DNA of 64,000 bases from positions 83,330,001 to 83,394,000 of the forward strand of contig NC_087436.1 in assembly GCF_036321535.1 (NCBI RefSeq), in the 5' to 3' direction. The notes beneath the pieces are model-generated. The model searched no databases, was not told the origin of the DNA, and was given only the letters and a program-made list of their open reading frames with translations. The position numbers and the translations under genes were made by a program. This stretch comes from Camelus dromedarius. Lineage: Eukaryota. Positions 38,601 to 50,600 of this stretch are shown here, in pieces. Numbering within the stretch: the stretch's first letter is position 1; every line of letters begins with the position of its first letter.

Positions 38601-41600
38601 TAGAATTGGAGATGGTAAGGTGGTAATTAACAGAGGGTTGTGGCAATGCTGATGGTTTTAAGTGCAGAATAAGTTGTTTATTATTTAGTTTGAAAAAACA
38701 GTAACTACCTAAGAAGCAGGAGGTCATTGAAAGACCTAATAGAATTATATCATGCAAGATTATATATTTGATTTTCAAAAGTCTTTTGTGAAAGATGTGC
38801 TTTATTACAACTGTGTTATTTGGTTGGGAATATTTCTGATCATTGTTTGTGAATGCCCTTCTTAAGAGGAAAGCCTTTTCTGTTTTAGGTTAATACAAAA
38901 GCTGAACCAGCAGACAATATTACAAGTTTCCTGTGGCAACTGGCATTGCTTGGCTCTTGCAGCTGGTAATGTAATGTTAAAACATATGTTAATGTTATGT
39001 TAATTTGGAAATCATTTCTCTTTGCATTTTTGTGTGATGTTATCTAACTGGATACCTTTGACTAACTAGTTAGGGTCTGTGCATTGCTGTTAGGCAGCGG
39101 CAGTTCTCAGACAGTCTTTATGTAGCTCATACTTTCCTCAGGGTGTGGATGGTGATGGAGGTGGTCATTATTGCTGCTCCACCTTTCTGTTGGGGGGATG
39201 AGCGGAGGCAGGACTGTAGTTCAATGTTCTTGAGCAGAAAATTGGTTTTTGTTAGCTACAGCTCACTATCGAGTTATATTCCACCATGAAGCTCCCAAAT
39301 AAAAAAGGAGGAGTAAGAAAAACCTAAGACAGCAGATAATGCTGTATTCTGGCAGATTGTATCTGAGAGAAAGTCAGCACAAACGTGTCCTGCTTGATTC
39401 TCTGTGGGGTGGTCCAGGTCATGGCTGGATCCCATCAAGTCCTGGGGCTCTCGTGGTCTTGGTGTGGTCAGAACTAGTTCACCTTGCTCAGTGGATATCT
39501 AAGCCTGGTAATTGGCGTATTCAAAACTGAACTGACTTTAGCATTTAATTTTTTATTTACATAAATGTTCACAGCCTTTGAAGGGTGATAAACCGCAGCT
39601 TGTCTCTCTGTCGTCCTGACAGTGGGACTTCTAGTTGTGGGAGTCTTCCAGCGTGACGTGTGTCTGCTCCCTTGCTTTGGGTGGTGGGTGTATGTGTGTT
39701 GGGGGCTGAGCAACTAGCGGATGAGCCTGCTGAGTGACTCTAAAATAACAAGGTTATTCTTGTGGGTGGAAAATGTATGTTTTTGGTAATACCAGTTATC
39801 CTGTTCTCATTTCAGATGGTCAGTTCTTCACATGGGGGAAGAACAGCCATGGGCAGCTGGGCCTGGGAAAGGAGTTCCCCTCCCAGGCCAGCCCGCAGAG
39901 GGTGAGGTCCCTGGAGGGGATCCCGCTGGCGCAGGTGGCTGCAGGAGGGGCCCACAGCTTTGCCCTGTCTCTCTCAGGAGCTGTTTTTGGCTGGGGGATG
40001 AATAATGCAGGACAGCTAGGGCTCAGTGATGAGGAAGGTAGGTAAACTCTTCATGTGTACTAATTTTTCTTTAAAAATTTATTGTTGGGAGGGAGGTAGT
40101 TAGGTTTATATATTTATTTTATTTTAGTATTTTTTTTAATGGAGGTACTGGGTCTGAACCCCAGACCTAGCTCATGCTAAGCATGGGCTCTACTGCTGAG
40201 CTATGCCCAGTCCCTTCTATATTTATTTATTTTTTAAATGGAAGTACTAGGGATTGAACCCAGGACCTTGTGCATGCTAAGCATGCACTCTACCACTGAA
40301 CTATACCCTCCCTCAAGTGTACCTCTTAACTTCATTTGTTTAATATACGTGCTTCTTGAAGATCTTTTATGTGCTGGCCCTGTGTTGGCACTAAGGGTGC
40401 AGAAAGGACCAAAACAGATAATACCCTTGGCTTAGTGAAGATTGCATGCTAGCAAGCAGAAGCAAACAGGAAGCCAGTAAGTATACAGTATGTCAGGGGC
40501 TTGAGAGGAAAGTTTCCTGTTTTACTTAAGGTGGCCACGGAGAAGAAGTTTGAGCAGAACCCTGTAGGAAGTCAGATCGGAGAGGAGATTTCTATGTTGA
40601 TAGAAATATGGGCGAAGAATGTTCTAGTCAAAGGGAACAGGGTGTGCAAAGGCTCTGATGCAGTAGGATATGGGATGTGGGATGAACAGGAGAAAAGCAG
40701 CAGAGCTGGAGGTCAGAGAGGTTGGGAGGCCCAGTTACGTGGGACCCAGAAGGGCAGAGTGAGATGTCAGCTTCTCTCGGTGAAGGAGCAAGACCTGAAG
40801 GTTTGGGGAGAAGAGTGATCTAATTTGGCTTTGCCTAAAGTGGGTTCAGGGGGAAGCTGGAAGACCAGTTTGGAGGCAATGGCAATAAAGATGGATTTCA
40901 AATATATTTTGATGGTGGGGCCAGTTGATTTTGCTCATTGTTGAATGTGTAGATTGAAATAAAGAGAGGAAAAGCTGAGAGGATAAAGTTGCATTTATGA
41001 AATGAGGGAAACTTTGTATGTATCTGGGTTTGGGGGCGGGGGGTGAGTGGACAGAGTTGGGGAGTATGGGGAATCCATGAGTTAGGTTTTAAATATATTA
41101 AAAATGAGATGTCTATTAGACATCCAAGTGGAGGTTCAGTCACGAAGCTGAATATGTGAGTCAGGAATCCCAGGGGGACCTAAAATTTAGGCTCTGATAG
41201 CTGTGTATGTTTCATCTCGAAGGCAAATGGTACTGACATGCTAGTATTTCTCTTATTCTAGATCGAGAGTCTCCTTGCCATGTGAAGCTTCTACGAACAC
41301 AAAAAGTTGTCTATATTAGTTGTGGAGAAGAGCATACAGCAGTTCTCACAAAGGTAAGGGACTCAGAGTGTTCTGGTTTGTTCTGTGGCACTTTGGTGCT
41401 GGGTATGATGTGGGTGATTATTGCTTGATTATTTTTGATAGTGTCTTTTAGAGAGAGTAGTGATAGTGTTTAAAAATAGTTCAAAATCTATAACCTTAAA
41501 AATATAGTATATATAGCAATATTCTGTGTTCCTTTAAAACAAGCCATTTAAATATATAAAAGAAAGAGCAATATAATGTTTTAAAATTATCAACCTATTT

Positions 41601-44600
41601 ATTTGCTATCCATAGAGAATGAAAATGTATTTTCATGTCAAAAATACTATTATAGATTCACTTTAATAAAATACATTAGCATTTGTTCAATTTCAGCTGC
41701 TAAAAAAATCTTACCAAGGAGTCTGGAGCATTTAGTTTCTTTTTTTTTTTTTTTTAACATTTTTTATTGATTTATAATCATTTTACAATGTTGTGTCAAA
41801 TTCCAGTGTAGAGCACAATTTTTCAATTATACATGAACATATATATATTCATTGTCACATTCCTTTCTCTGTGAGCTACCATAAGATCTTTTTTCTTTTA
41901 TTTTTTCTTTTTATTTTTTTAAACTTTTTTATTGATTTATAATCATTTTACAATGTTGTGTCAAATTCCAGTGTTCAGCACAATTTTTCAGTATACATGG
42001 ACATATACACACACTCATTGTCACATTTTTTTCTTTGTGAGCTACCATAACATTTTGTGTATATTTCCCTGTGCTATACAGTATAATCTTGTTTATCTAT
42101 TCTACAATTTTGAAATCCCAGTCTTATCTCTTCCCACCCCCCACCCCCTTGGCAACCACAAGTCTGTATTCTATGTCTATGAGTCTATTTCTGTTATGTA
42201 TTTATGCTTTTTTTTAAAATTTAGTTTCCTATGTATGAATGATCATGAAAAATTAATCTCATTTCACCTATCTTTTTCTCCTTTTTTTGTGTTACTTCTT
42301 AACACATCACTGTGTTTTTAAATAATTTTCTGCATTTATAGATGGCATACATCCCCTTGACCTATCTTTGTTCCATAAAGATGTAGCCTTAAGTTCTTTT
42401 CTGTTATTTTTTTATTTAACAAACATTCCAAAGAAGTGATTTGGCTAAGTATCAGGTGAGTGTAGTGTGATATAAATTTTGTATATGGAGGGTTTCGGAG
42501 GAGTGTACCCAAACTCAGAGGTACAGTGCAGTCATGTGATATTTGTTCTTTGTTAGAGTGGAGGTGTGTTTACCTTTGGTGCTGGTTCCTGCGGGCAGCT
42601 TGGACACGACTCCATGAATGATGAGGTTAATCCGAGAAGAGTTCTGGAGCTGATGGGCAGTGAAGTAACGCAGATTGCTTGTGGCAGGTGAGTGCTCCTA
42701 AGAGCTTCCTCATATCTACCGAGACCCAGAAAGGGGTCTTTGCAGTAACGGAGAATGCAGTTAGACGCAACCACCATCATTTTAAGACATCCCAATTGCA
42801 TGCGCACCTTTGGCGACGGTTTGGAGAGTCAGATCTGAGCAGGGTGTGGCAAGGAAGGGTTTTAGAGAAGCAGAGTAACATGGGGCTGGTACGCCTGTTT
42901 GGGGATAAAGAGTAGCATGATGTTGGGGAGACATGCAAAGGAAAGTGACAGCGCCTCAAAGCACTTCTTGGAAATTTTACTGGTCCACCCTGCTTCTTCC
43001 CACACACCCCAAATGCAGCAGGCCCTTCAGCTCTTTCCCAGTCTCGCCATCCTACCGGTGAACTAGGGTGTCAGAGAAAGATGGGGTTCTACTGCAGAAA
43101 TAGCCAGGGTGTATATTCGTTCATGTCAGTAGAAATGATGCTGATGAGTTAACTAACTTACATAATTTTTCCCCAGACAACATACCCTAGCCTTCGTGCC
43201 TTCTTCTGGACTCATCTATGCATTTGGTTGTGGAGCGAGAGGTCAATTAGGAACTGGACACACTTGTAATGTCAAGTGCCCATCTCCCGTGAAAGGTTAC
43301 TGGGCTGCCCATAGTGGCCAGCTTTCAGCCAGGGCTGGTAAGAGTGATTTTCATTGGAATTTAATGGTATTTTAAGTGCTACAAACAATTGTTTATAGAA
43401 CATGTATTTTTTACCTTGAGGTCTTTTGGAGGGAATGAGTGAGATATTTTCTTTTAACATCAATAAAAAAGTATGGGAGTACTTACTCTGCATGAGACTC
43501 TATAGTTGAGATCCTAGAGAACAAAGCAAAAAATGTAATTTTGGCCCTAACGACCTCGATAGTGGTGTATGCATTTTATTTATTATTATTATTGCTGATA
43601 ATGAGAGTCAATGTTTATTCAATGCTTAACTAAGTTCCAATATTATGCTAAGCACTGAGAACAACCTTAAGAACTAATGGTTATTATCTCTATTTTGGAG
43701 ATGAGGAAATTGAGTCTTAAGGAGGTTAACTTGCCCAAGATGATATAGATTCTGGGGCCAGGATTTAAACCCAGGTCTGCCTCATTTTAAAACTTATGCT
43801 CTTTTTTTAAAAAAATTAAAACTATTTAATATAATTTTTAAAGGTCACACTCCATTTACAGTTATTACAAAGTATTAGTTATATTCTCCATTGTTGTAAA
43901 TACATCTTTGTAGCCTACCTTACCCCAGGAGTTTGTATCTCACGGTAACCACTGGTTTGTTCTCTGTATCCGTGAGTCTCAAGCCTGTGCTCTTAATGCT
44001 TGCGCATTGCTGTTTTGGTCACAACATGACATGATTTCTTTTCATGCTGCTTTTTTTTCTCTTAAAAAAAAAACAGTTAAATAGCACAGTGTTCATTTCA
44101 TTGGAAATCAAAATAAGGCAGTCATTCAGTAAGAGTAACTTGACATAATAAATCCAGAGGCTAAAATGGAGCGGTAGAGGCATTAAAAAGAAGTGTGATT
44201 TAATAATTAATTTTGATTTTGAAGACCATAGAGTGACACACTTACAGCTTGATCAGAATTTTGTTTTAACAATAACAATCATCCATATCTCTGGATTATA
44301 AACTTAAGTAAAGGGATTGAGTCTTTTTCTCTTTATAAACCTGGCATATAGCACAGGACCAGACACAAACTTCTCACTCAATAAATATTTATAATGAACA
44401 AATAAGCATCTAAAATGTAGTGGAACTTGAAATATAAAATAAACAAGATTTTGTTTTGCTGATGTTCCACAAAATGAAAGAATGGCTTGGTGTTCTCTTG
44501 TCTATTTGTAAATTTCTTTTTCTCCAAGGCATTGTACTCATGTTAGGAATGTGTATAATTAAGAAGTACACCAATTTAAAAAGCTCAAGTATTTTATAGC

Positions 44601-47600
44601 TTAATTTGAAACTACAAATTTTTGAAGTTTAATTACAGCATAACTGATGTGATCATAGATTTGTGCTTTGATGTTTGTCAATGTGATTTTATACCTTAAG
44701 TAGGTAAATTTCAATTTATTATGTAAATACTGTGGTTTTAGGAACCTTCTTGGTAATGTGGGAGCACAGAGGAAGGCATCAAGGAGTATTCCGTTTAGAG
44801 GAAGTTTGAGCTGTGTCTTAAAGGATGATTTGGAGTTAGCCAGGTAGAGGACTATGAGGGAGTGGGCAGTGGTGAGTACCATAGAATTGCTCAGTTCCAG
44901 GAGCACCTTCCCAGTTATGCTCTAGGAGGCGCCATTCTCAGAGAATACAGTGTGCACTGGGGTTGGTGGATGGAAAAGGCTTGGACATAGGGATGGTGTG
45001 GTGTATTAGAAATGAAAGCGGTGTGAGAGTGTCACCACAGACATGGTGTGATGGAGACGGACAGGGAGTGTGACATGGAGGTCCTTCTGTGGCAGGCTTC
45101 ATCCTGAAGGGGCTAAGGACCACCACACTCAGATGCTGGATGATTTCTTAGCGTATGTTCTGGTTTATAGTAGTGACTGTTTTAAATTCCAGGTCAGTGG
45201 AATGGCATGGTAGAGTTAGAATGAAAAATAGGAACAAGGTCAGGACTAGCTGGCAGTCGGGGGGAGGGAGGGAGAGAGGGTTGGAGTGGAAGGTACCATG
45301 TTATATATTTAGTTTTAATTGAAGTAGAAACAGTCCTGGGAGGAGAGCCAGGAAAGAAGGTTTCTGACTTCTCTGAAATAATTAAATGGATAGGAAACCA
45401 CTCTGAAGTATATTTTGGAATATTAAGAAAGGGGATCAAGGAAAAACTTTAATTGTTGAAAAATATGCTCTTGAAAATTTTTTTGACAGATCGCTTTAAA
45501 TATCACATTGTTAAGCAGATTTTCTCTGGAGGAGACCAAACTTTTGTACTTTGCTCCAAATATGAGGTAAAATTTTCTTTTGACTATTATTTTGGGGGTG
45601 GAATAATGGTGAACCAATATTTACTTTAATTTATTTAATTACATGAGAGCAATGTTACGCTTTGTTTCCACCAATTTTATCTTATTAAAATAAGCCAATT
45701 AAACCTTGAGTTTCTCTCCATTTTATTCCCTTGAAGTGCCAATAATTTTCTTGGTATTTTAATCACAGGGTTCTAATTTATAATTTTAAATGACTTATTT
45801 ATATCTGTATTTGTCCCAAAAGAGACTTAAGGAGGCATTACTTACTTAGTTTGGGATTATTTGACTTGCCATTCTTTCCTTTCCCGTTAAGTAGCAATAA
45901 ATGCTAGGTATTTAAGAACTTGCTGGGCTCGTTTGATGTAACTGAGTATATCCTAAATATGAGATGCCGTGCTATTCAGATATCCTTTATTATTTATCAT
46001 CTGCTCATAGCAGCATGCTGAAATTTCCCTCAGATTGTCTCCTGCACCACTGTGATGGGTAAATCAGGAATGATGTTCCGGTGTCTTTCAGGGTTGAAGG
46101 TGGAAGAGAATGTGGGCCAGGTATCTGTGACAGAGCTTTAATTTATTCCTCCCTTCCTGGACAAGAGGAATCAGTCTGAAATTAGCACCACAGATTTGTC
46201 TTCTGCCTCCCCGTCTGCCACCCAGTCCCCTGCTCTTGTGTTTCCTCTCATCCCCCTCTCCCCAACTTTTATTCAACAAGCACTTAGGGAGGACCAGCCA
46301 TATGTAGTGCATTCATCCTCATCCTCATCCTCCCCTGGAGGAGCAGGCAAGGGGCATTGGTGATGACAGAAGAATCAGAATAGGTTGGGAAGAAAATGAG
46401 GGTCTGTGGACACAAGGGGCCCTTTCAGTGCTGGAAACTCTCCCATTACTCTGATACTTTGTCTTCTTTAAATATTACAGTGTTCTTGCCTTCTAGTCAG
46501 TATCATTCTATGATTTTGGTAGAAAAGGTTGTGGTGGAGCCCGAGGCTGCAGGTTGGACAGCTGAAACTGACAGTGAGATATCTTCCAGGTCAGGAACCA
46601 GGAGAAGGTTCTGTTTAGTGCAACCATCTGGGGTGACTTGGAACTGTTGCTTTACACCTATTTTAGGCCCAGCCTCAGTGCTTCACAGAGAAACCTCGGG
46701 AAAAGCTGAGACTATTCTTTGTTTCTTCAAGATGCCAGTAAAGCGAAATATAAAAAGCACCGAATCTCTGCAGAGTAATAACTTTGTGTCCACAAGTAGT
46801 AGAGTTTGAAGTATTCATTTCCCTAAGAAACTGGCTTGATGAACCAACTATAAATTTCCTGTGAAATTCAACATAAAATTTAGTTTCATTCCTTTTGTAA
46901 ATATGGTATCTGATACATGTAGTTGGATTTTAAATTTATTGTAATTAACACTGTCGGGACTGGTGAACAAAACTGATGAAAAGGAAGTTAAGTGACATGT
47001 TGTTGAAGAAACAGGGCAGGTTCAAGTTTAAACAACTGGTAAGAGTGACTTGCATTAAAATGTAAGATACAAAGAAGAAAGAATATGACTTAGGAAAGTA
47101 TTGCTCTATGTTTTAAAAGCTGAAACCTCTATACTTAAGCTATTAAGCATTTGTGTTTAGATACAGAGCTGGATCAAGATATTTGTTTAATCTGTTACCA
47201 TGACACTTGAAGAATCTCTTAAAGACCCAAGAAAAAGCATCTGTGTGTGACAGGCTCGATTTTTGTAAAACTCAGATGCATTCATTCATGCCAGGCCGGA
47301 GGTGGAAGAAGAGGGGAGGCACGCTATTTGGATACTCCTTCGCTGCGTTTGATTCTAGGTCTTTACAATTTATTGAGTGCAAACCATAGCCTCTCCTCTT
47401 CCTTTCCTCTTGTTCCCTGGTTAGGATTGAAGGAGTGTGGTTGAGATTGTGTGTATGTGTGTGTGGTGTGTCTGCCTGCCTGCCAACTTGCCTGACTCAA
47501 AACCTGCTAAAGTGACATTATCCTCTTTTCCTGGAACAGTTATCCTCAACCTTGGTGGCCCATTGAAATCACCTATGGGCTTTATTTTATTTCCTTCCAG

Positions 47601-50600
47601 TTTTATTGAAATGTAATTGACATACAGCACTATATAGTGTAATGCTTTGACTTAAATACATCATGAAATGGTCACCACCATAAGTTTAGTGGACATTCAT
47701 TATCTCATATGGATACCAAATTAAAGAAATAGAATAAGTGTTTTTTCCTTGTGATGAGAGTTCTTAGGATATACTCTTTTAACAACTTTCATAACACATA
47801 CAGCAGTGTTGTATTTATCAGGTTGTACGTTATGTCTTTAGTACTTATTTAAAACTCAAAATCTGTAGCTTTGACTACCTTCCTCCAATTCCCCCTTCCC
47901 CTTATCCACTGCCTCTGGTAACCACAAATATGATCTCTTTTTCTATGAGTGAGTTTGTTTTTGAAGTATAGTTAACCTCCAACATTATATTAGTTCCTGG
48001 TATACAACATAATGATTCAATATTTCTATAATTTCAAAATGAGCACTACAATAGGTCCAGTTACTGTTTGTCACCATACAAAGATATTATGTAATTATTG
48101 ACTGTATTCCCCACACTTATGACTTGTTTATTTTGTAATTGGAAATTTGTACCTCTTAATCTCCCTCATCTGTTTCTCTCCATCCCCACCAACCACCAGC
48201 AATCCTCTGTTTATTGTCTGTATCTATGACTCTCTTTGTTTTTTAATATTTGTTATTTGTTTTGCTTTTTAGATTCCACATATAAATGAGGTCTTACAGT
48301 ATTTGTCTTTCTCAGTCTGACTTATTTTACTTAGCATAATACCTTTTAGGCTCATCCATATTGTTGCAAATGGCAAGATTTCATTCTTTATTATGGCTGA
48401 GTAATATTCCATTATATATACATATATACCACATCTTCTTTATCCATCCGTTGGTGGACATTTAGGTTGCTTCCATATCTTGGCTATTGTACATAATGCT
48501 ACTATGAACATAGGAGTGCATGTATATCTTCAAAATAGTGTTTTTGTTTTCTTCAGGTTAATTCCTGGATCATATAGTGGTTCTATTTTTAGTGTTTTGA
48601 GTGTCTCTATACTGTTTTTCATAGTGGCTGCACCAATTTACATTCCCACCAACAGTGCACAAGTGTTCTGCATCTTCCACATTCTCGGCAACACTTGTTA
48701 CTGTCTTTCTGATAATAGATATTCTGACAGGTATGAGGTCATATCTCATTGTGATTTTTATTTGCATTTCTCTGATGATTAGTGACGCTGAGCATCTTTT
48801 CATGTGCCTGTTGGCCATCTGTATGTCTTTGGAAAGATGTCTTTTCAGTTCCTCTGCCCAATTTTAAGTCAGATATTTTTTCTTTCTGTTGAGTTTTATG
48901 AGTTCTTTGTATATTTTGGATATTAACACCTTATTAGATATATCATTTGCAAATATCTTCTCCCATTCAATAGGTGGCTCCTTTGCTGTACAGAAGCTTT
49001 TTAGTTTGATGTAGTTCCATTTGTCTCTTTGTTCTTTTGTTTCTCTGCCTGAGGAGACATACCAAAAAATATTACCAAGACCAGCATCAAAGATAGTACT
49101 GCCTATGTTTTCTTCCAGAAGTTTTATGGTTTCAAGTCTCATATTTAAGTCTTTAATCCATTTTGAATTTATTTTTGTGCATGGTGTGAGAGAGTAGTCC
49201 AGTTTGATTCTTTTACATGTAGCTGTCTAGTTTTCCCAACATCATTTATTGAAGAGGCTGTCTTTTCCCCATTGTATATTCTTGCCTCCTTATCATAGAT
49301 TAATTGCCCATATAAATGTGGGTTCATTTCTGGGCTCTCTATTCTACACTATTAATCCTGTCTTTTTTTTTTTTTAATGACAGCTTCATACTGTTTGGAA
49401 GACTGTAGCTTTGTAGTATAGTTTGAAATCAAAGCACATGATACCTCTGGCTTTGTTCTTCTTTCTCAAGATTATTTCGACTATTTGGGGTCTTTTGTGT
49501 TTGCATACAAATTTTAGAATTATTTGTTCAAATTCTGTGAAATGTGCCTTTAGTATTTTGATTGCATTTGCATTGAATCTGTAGATTGCCTTGGGTAGTA
49601 TGGTCATTTTAACAATATTAATTCTTCCAATCCATGACACTGTATATCTTCCCATTTGTGTCACCTTTAATTTCTTTAATCAATGTCTTATTGTTTTCCT
49701 AGTATAGATCTTTTACCTCCTTAGTTAGATTTATTCCTAGGTATTTTATTCTTTTTGATATGGTAAATGGGATTATTTTCTTAATTTCTCTTTCTAATAG
49801 TTTGTTGTTAGTATGTAGAAATGCAACAGATTTCTGTTAATTTTGTATCCTGCAGCTTTACGGAGTTCACTGATGAGTTCAGGTAGTTTTTAGTGGCATC
49901 TTTAGGATTTTCTATGTATAGTATCATGTCATCTGCAAACAATGACATTTTACTTTTCATTTCCAATTTGGATTCCTTTTATTTCTTTTTCTTGTTTGAT
50001 TGCTGTGGCTAGGACTTCTAATACTATGTTAAATAAAAGTGGTGAGAGTGGGCATCCTTGTCTTGCTCCTGATCTTAGAGGAAATGCTTTCATCTTTTCA
50101 CTGTTGAGTATAATATTAGCTATGGGCTTGTCATATATGGCCTTTATTATATTGAGATATGTTCCCTCTATACCCACTTTATGGAGAGTTTTTATCATAG
50201 ATGGATGTTGAATTTGGTCAAAAGTTTTTTCTGCATCTATTGAGATGATCATATGGTTTTTATTCTTCAATTTGATAATGTGATGCATCACACTGATTGA
50301 TTTGCAGATACTGAAAAACCCTTGCATCCTGGGATAAGTCTTACTTGATCATGATGTATGATCCTTTTAATGTATTGTTGAATTTGGCTTGCTAATATTT
50401 TGTCAAAGGTTTTTGCATCTGTGTTCATCAGTGATATTGGCCTTTAATTTGTGTGTGTGTGTGTATGTGTATGGTAGCTCTGGTTTTGGTGTCTGAGCTA
50501 TACCCATCCCTCTATTTCTGATTTTATTGTTTTGGCCTTTGTTTCTTTTTGATTAGTCTGGCTTAAAGTTTATCGGTTTAGTTTATCTTTTCAAAGAACC

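Noticed and set aside
46396..46809. 137-aa plus-strand ORF
   Set aside because: No homology recognised and no need for it in the HERC3 frame; exons 8 and 9 join directly
49950..50327. Functional reverse transcriptase gene
   Set aside because: Fragment of a truncated, frameshifted L1 ORF2 with neighbouring stops
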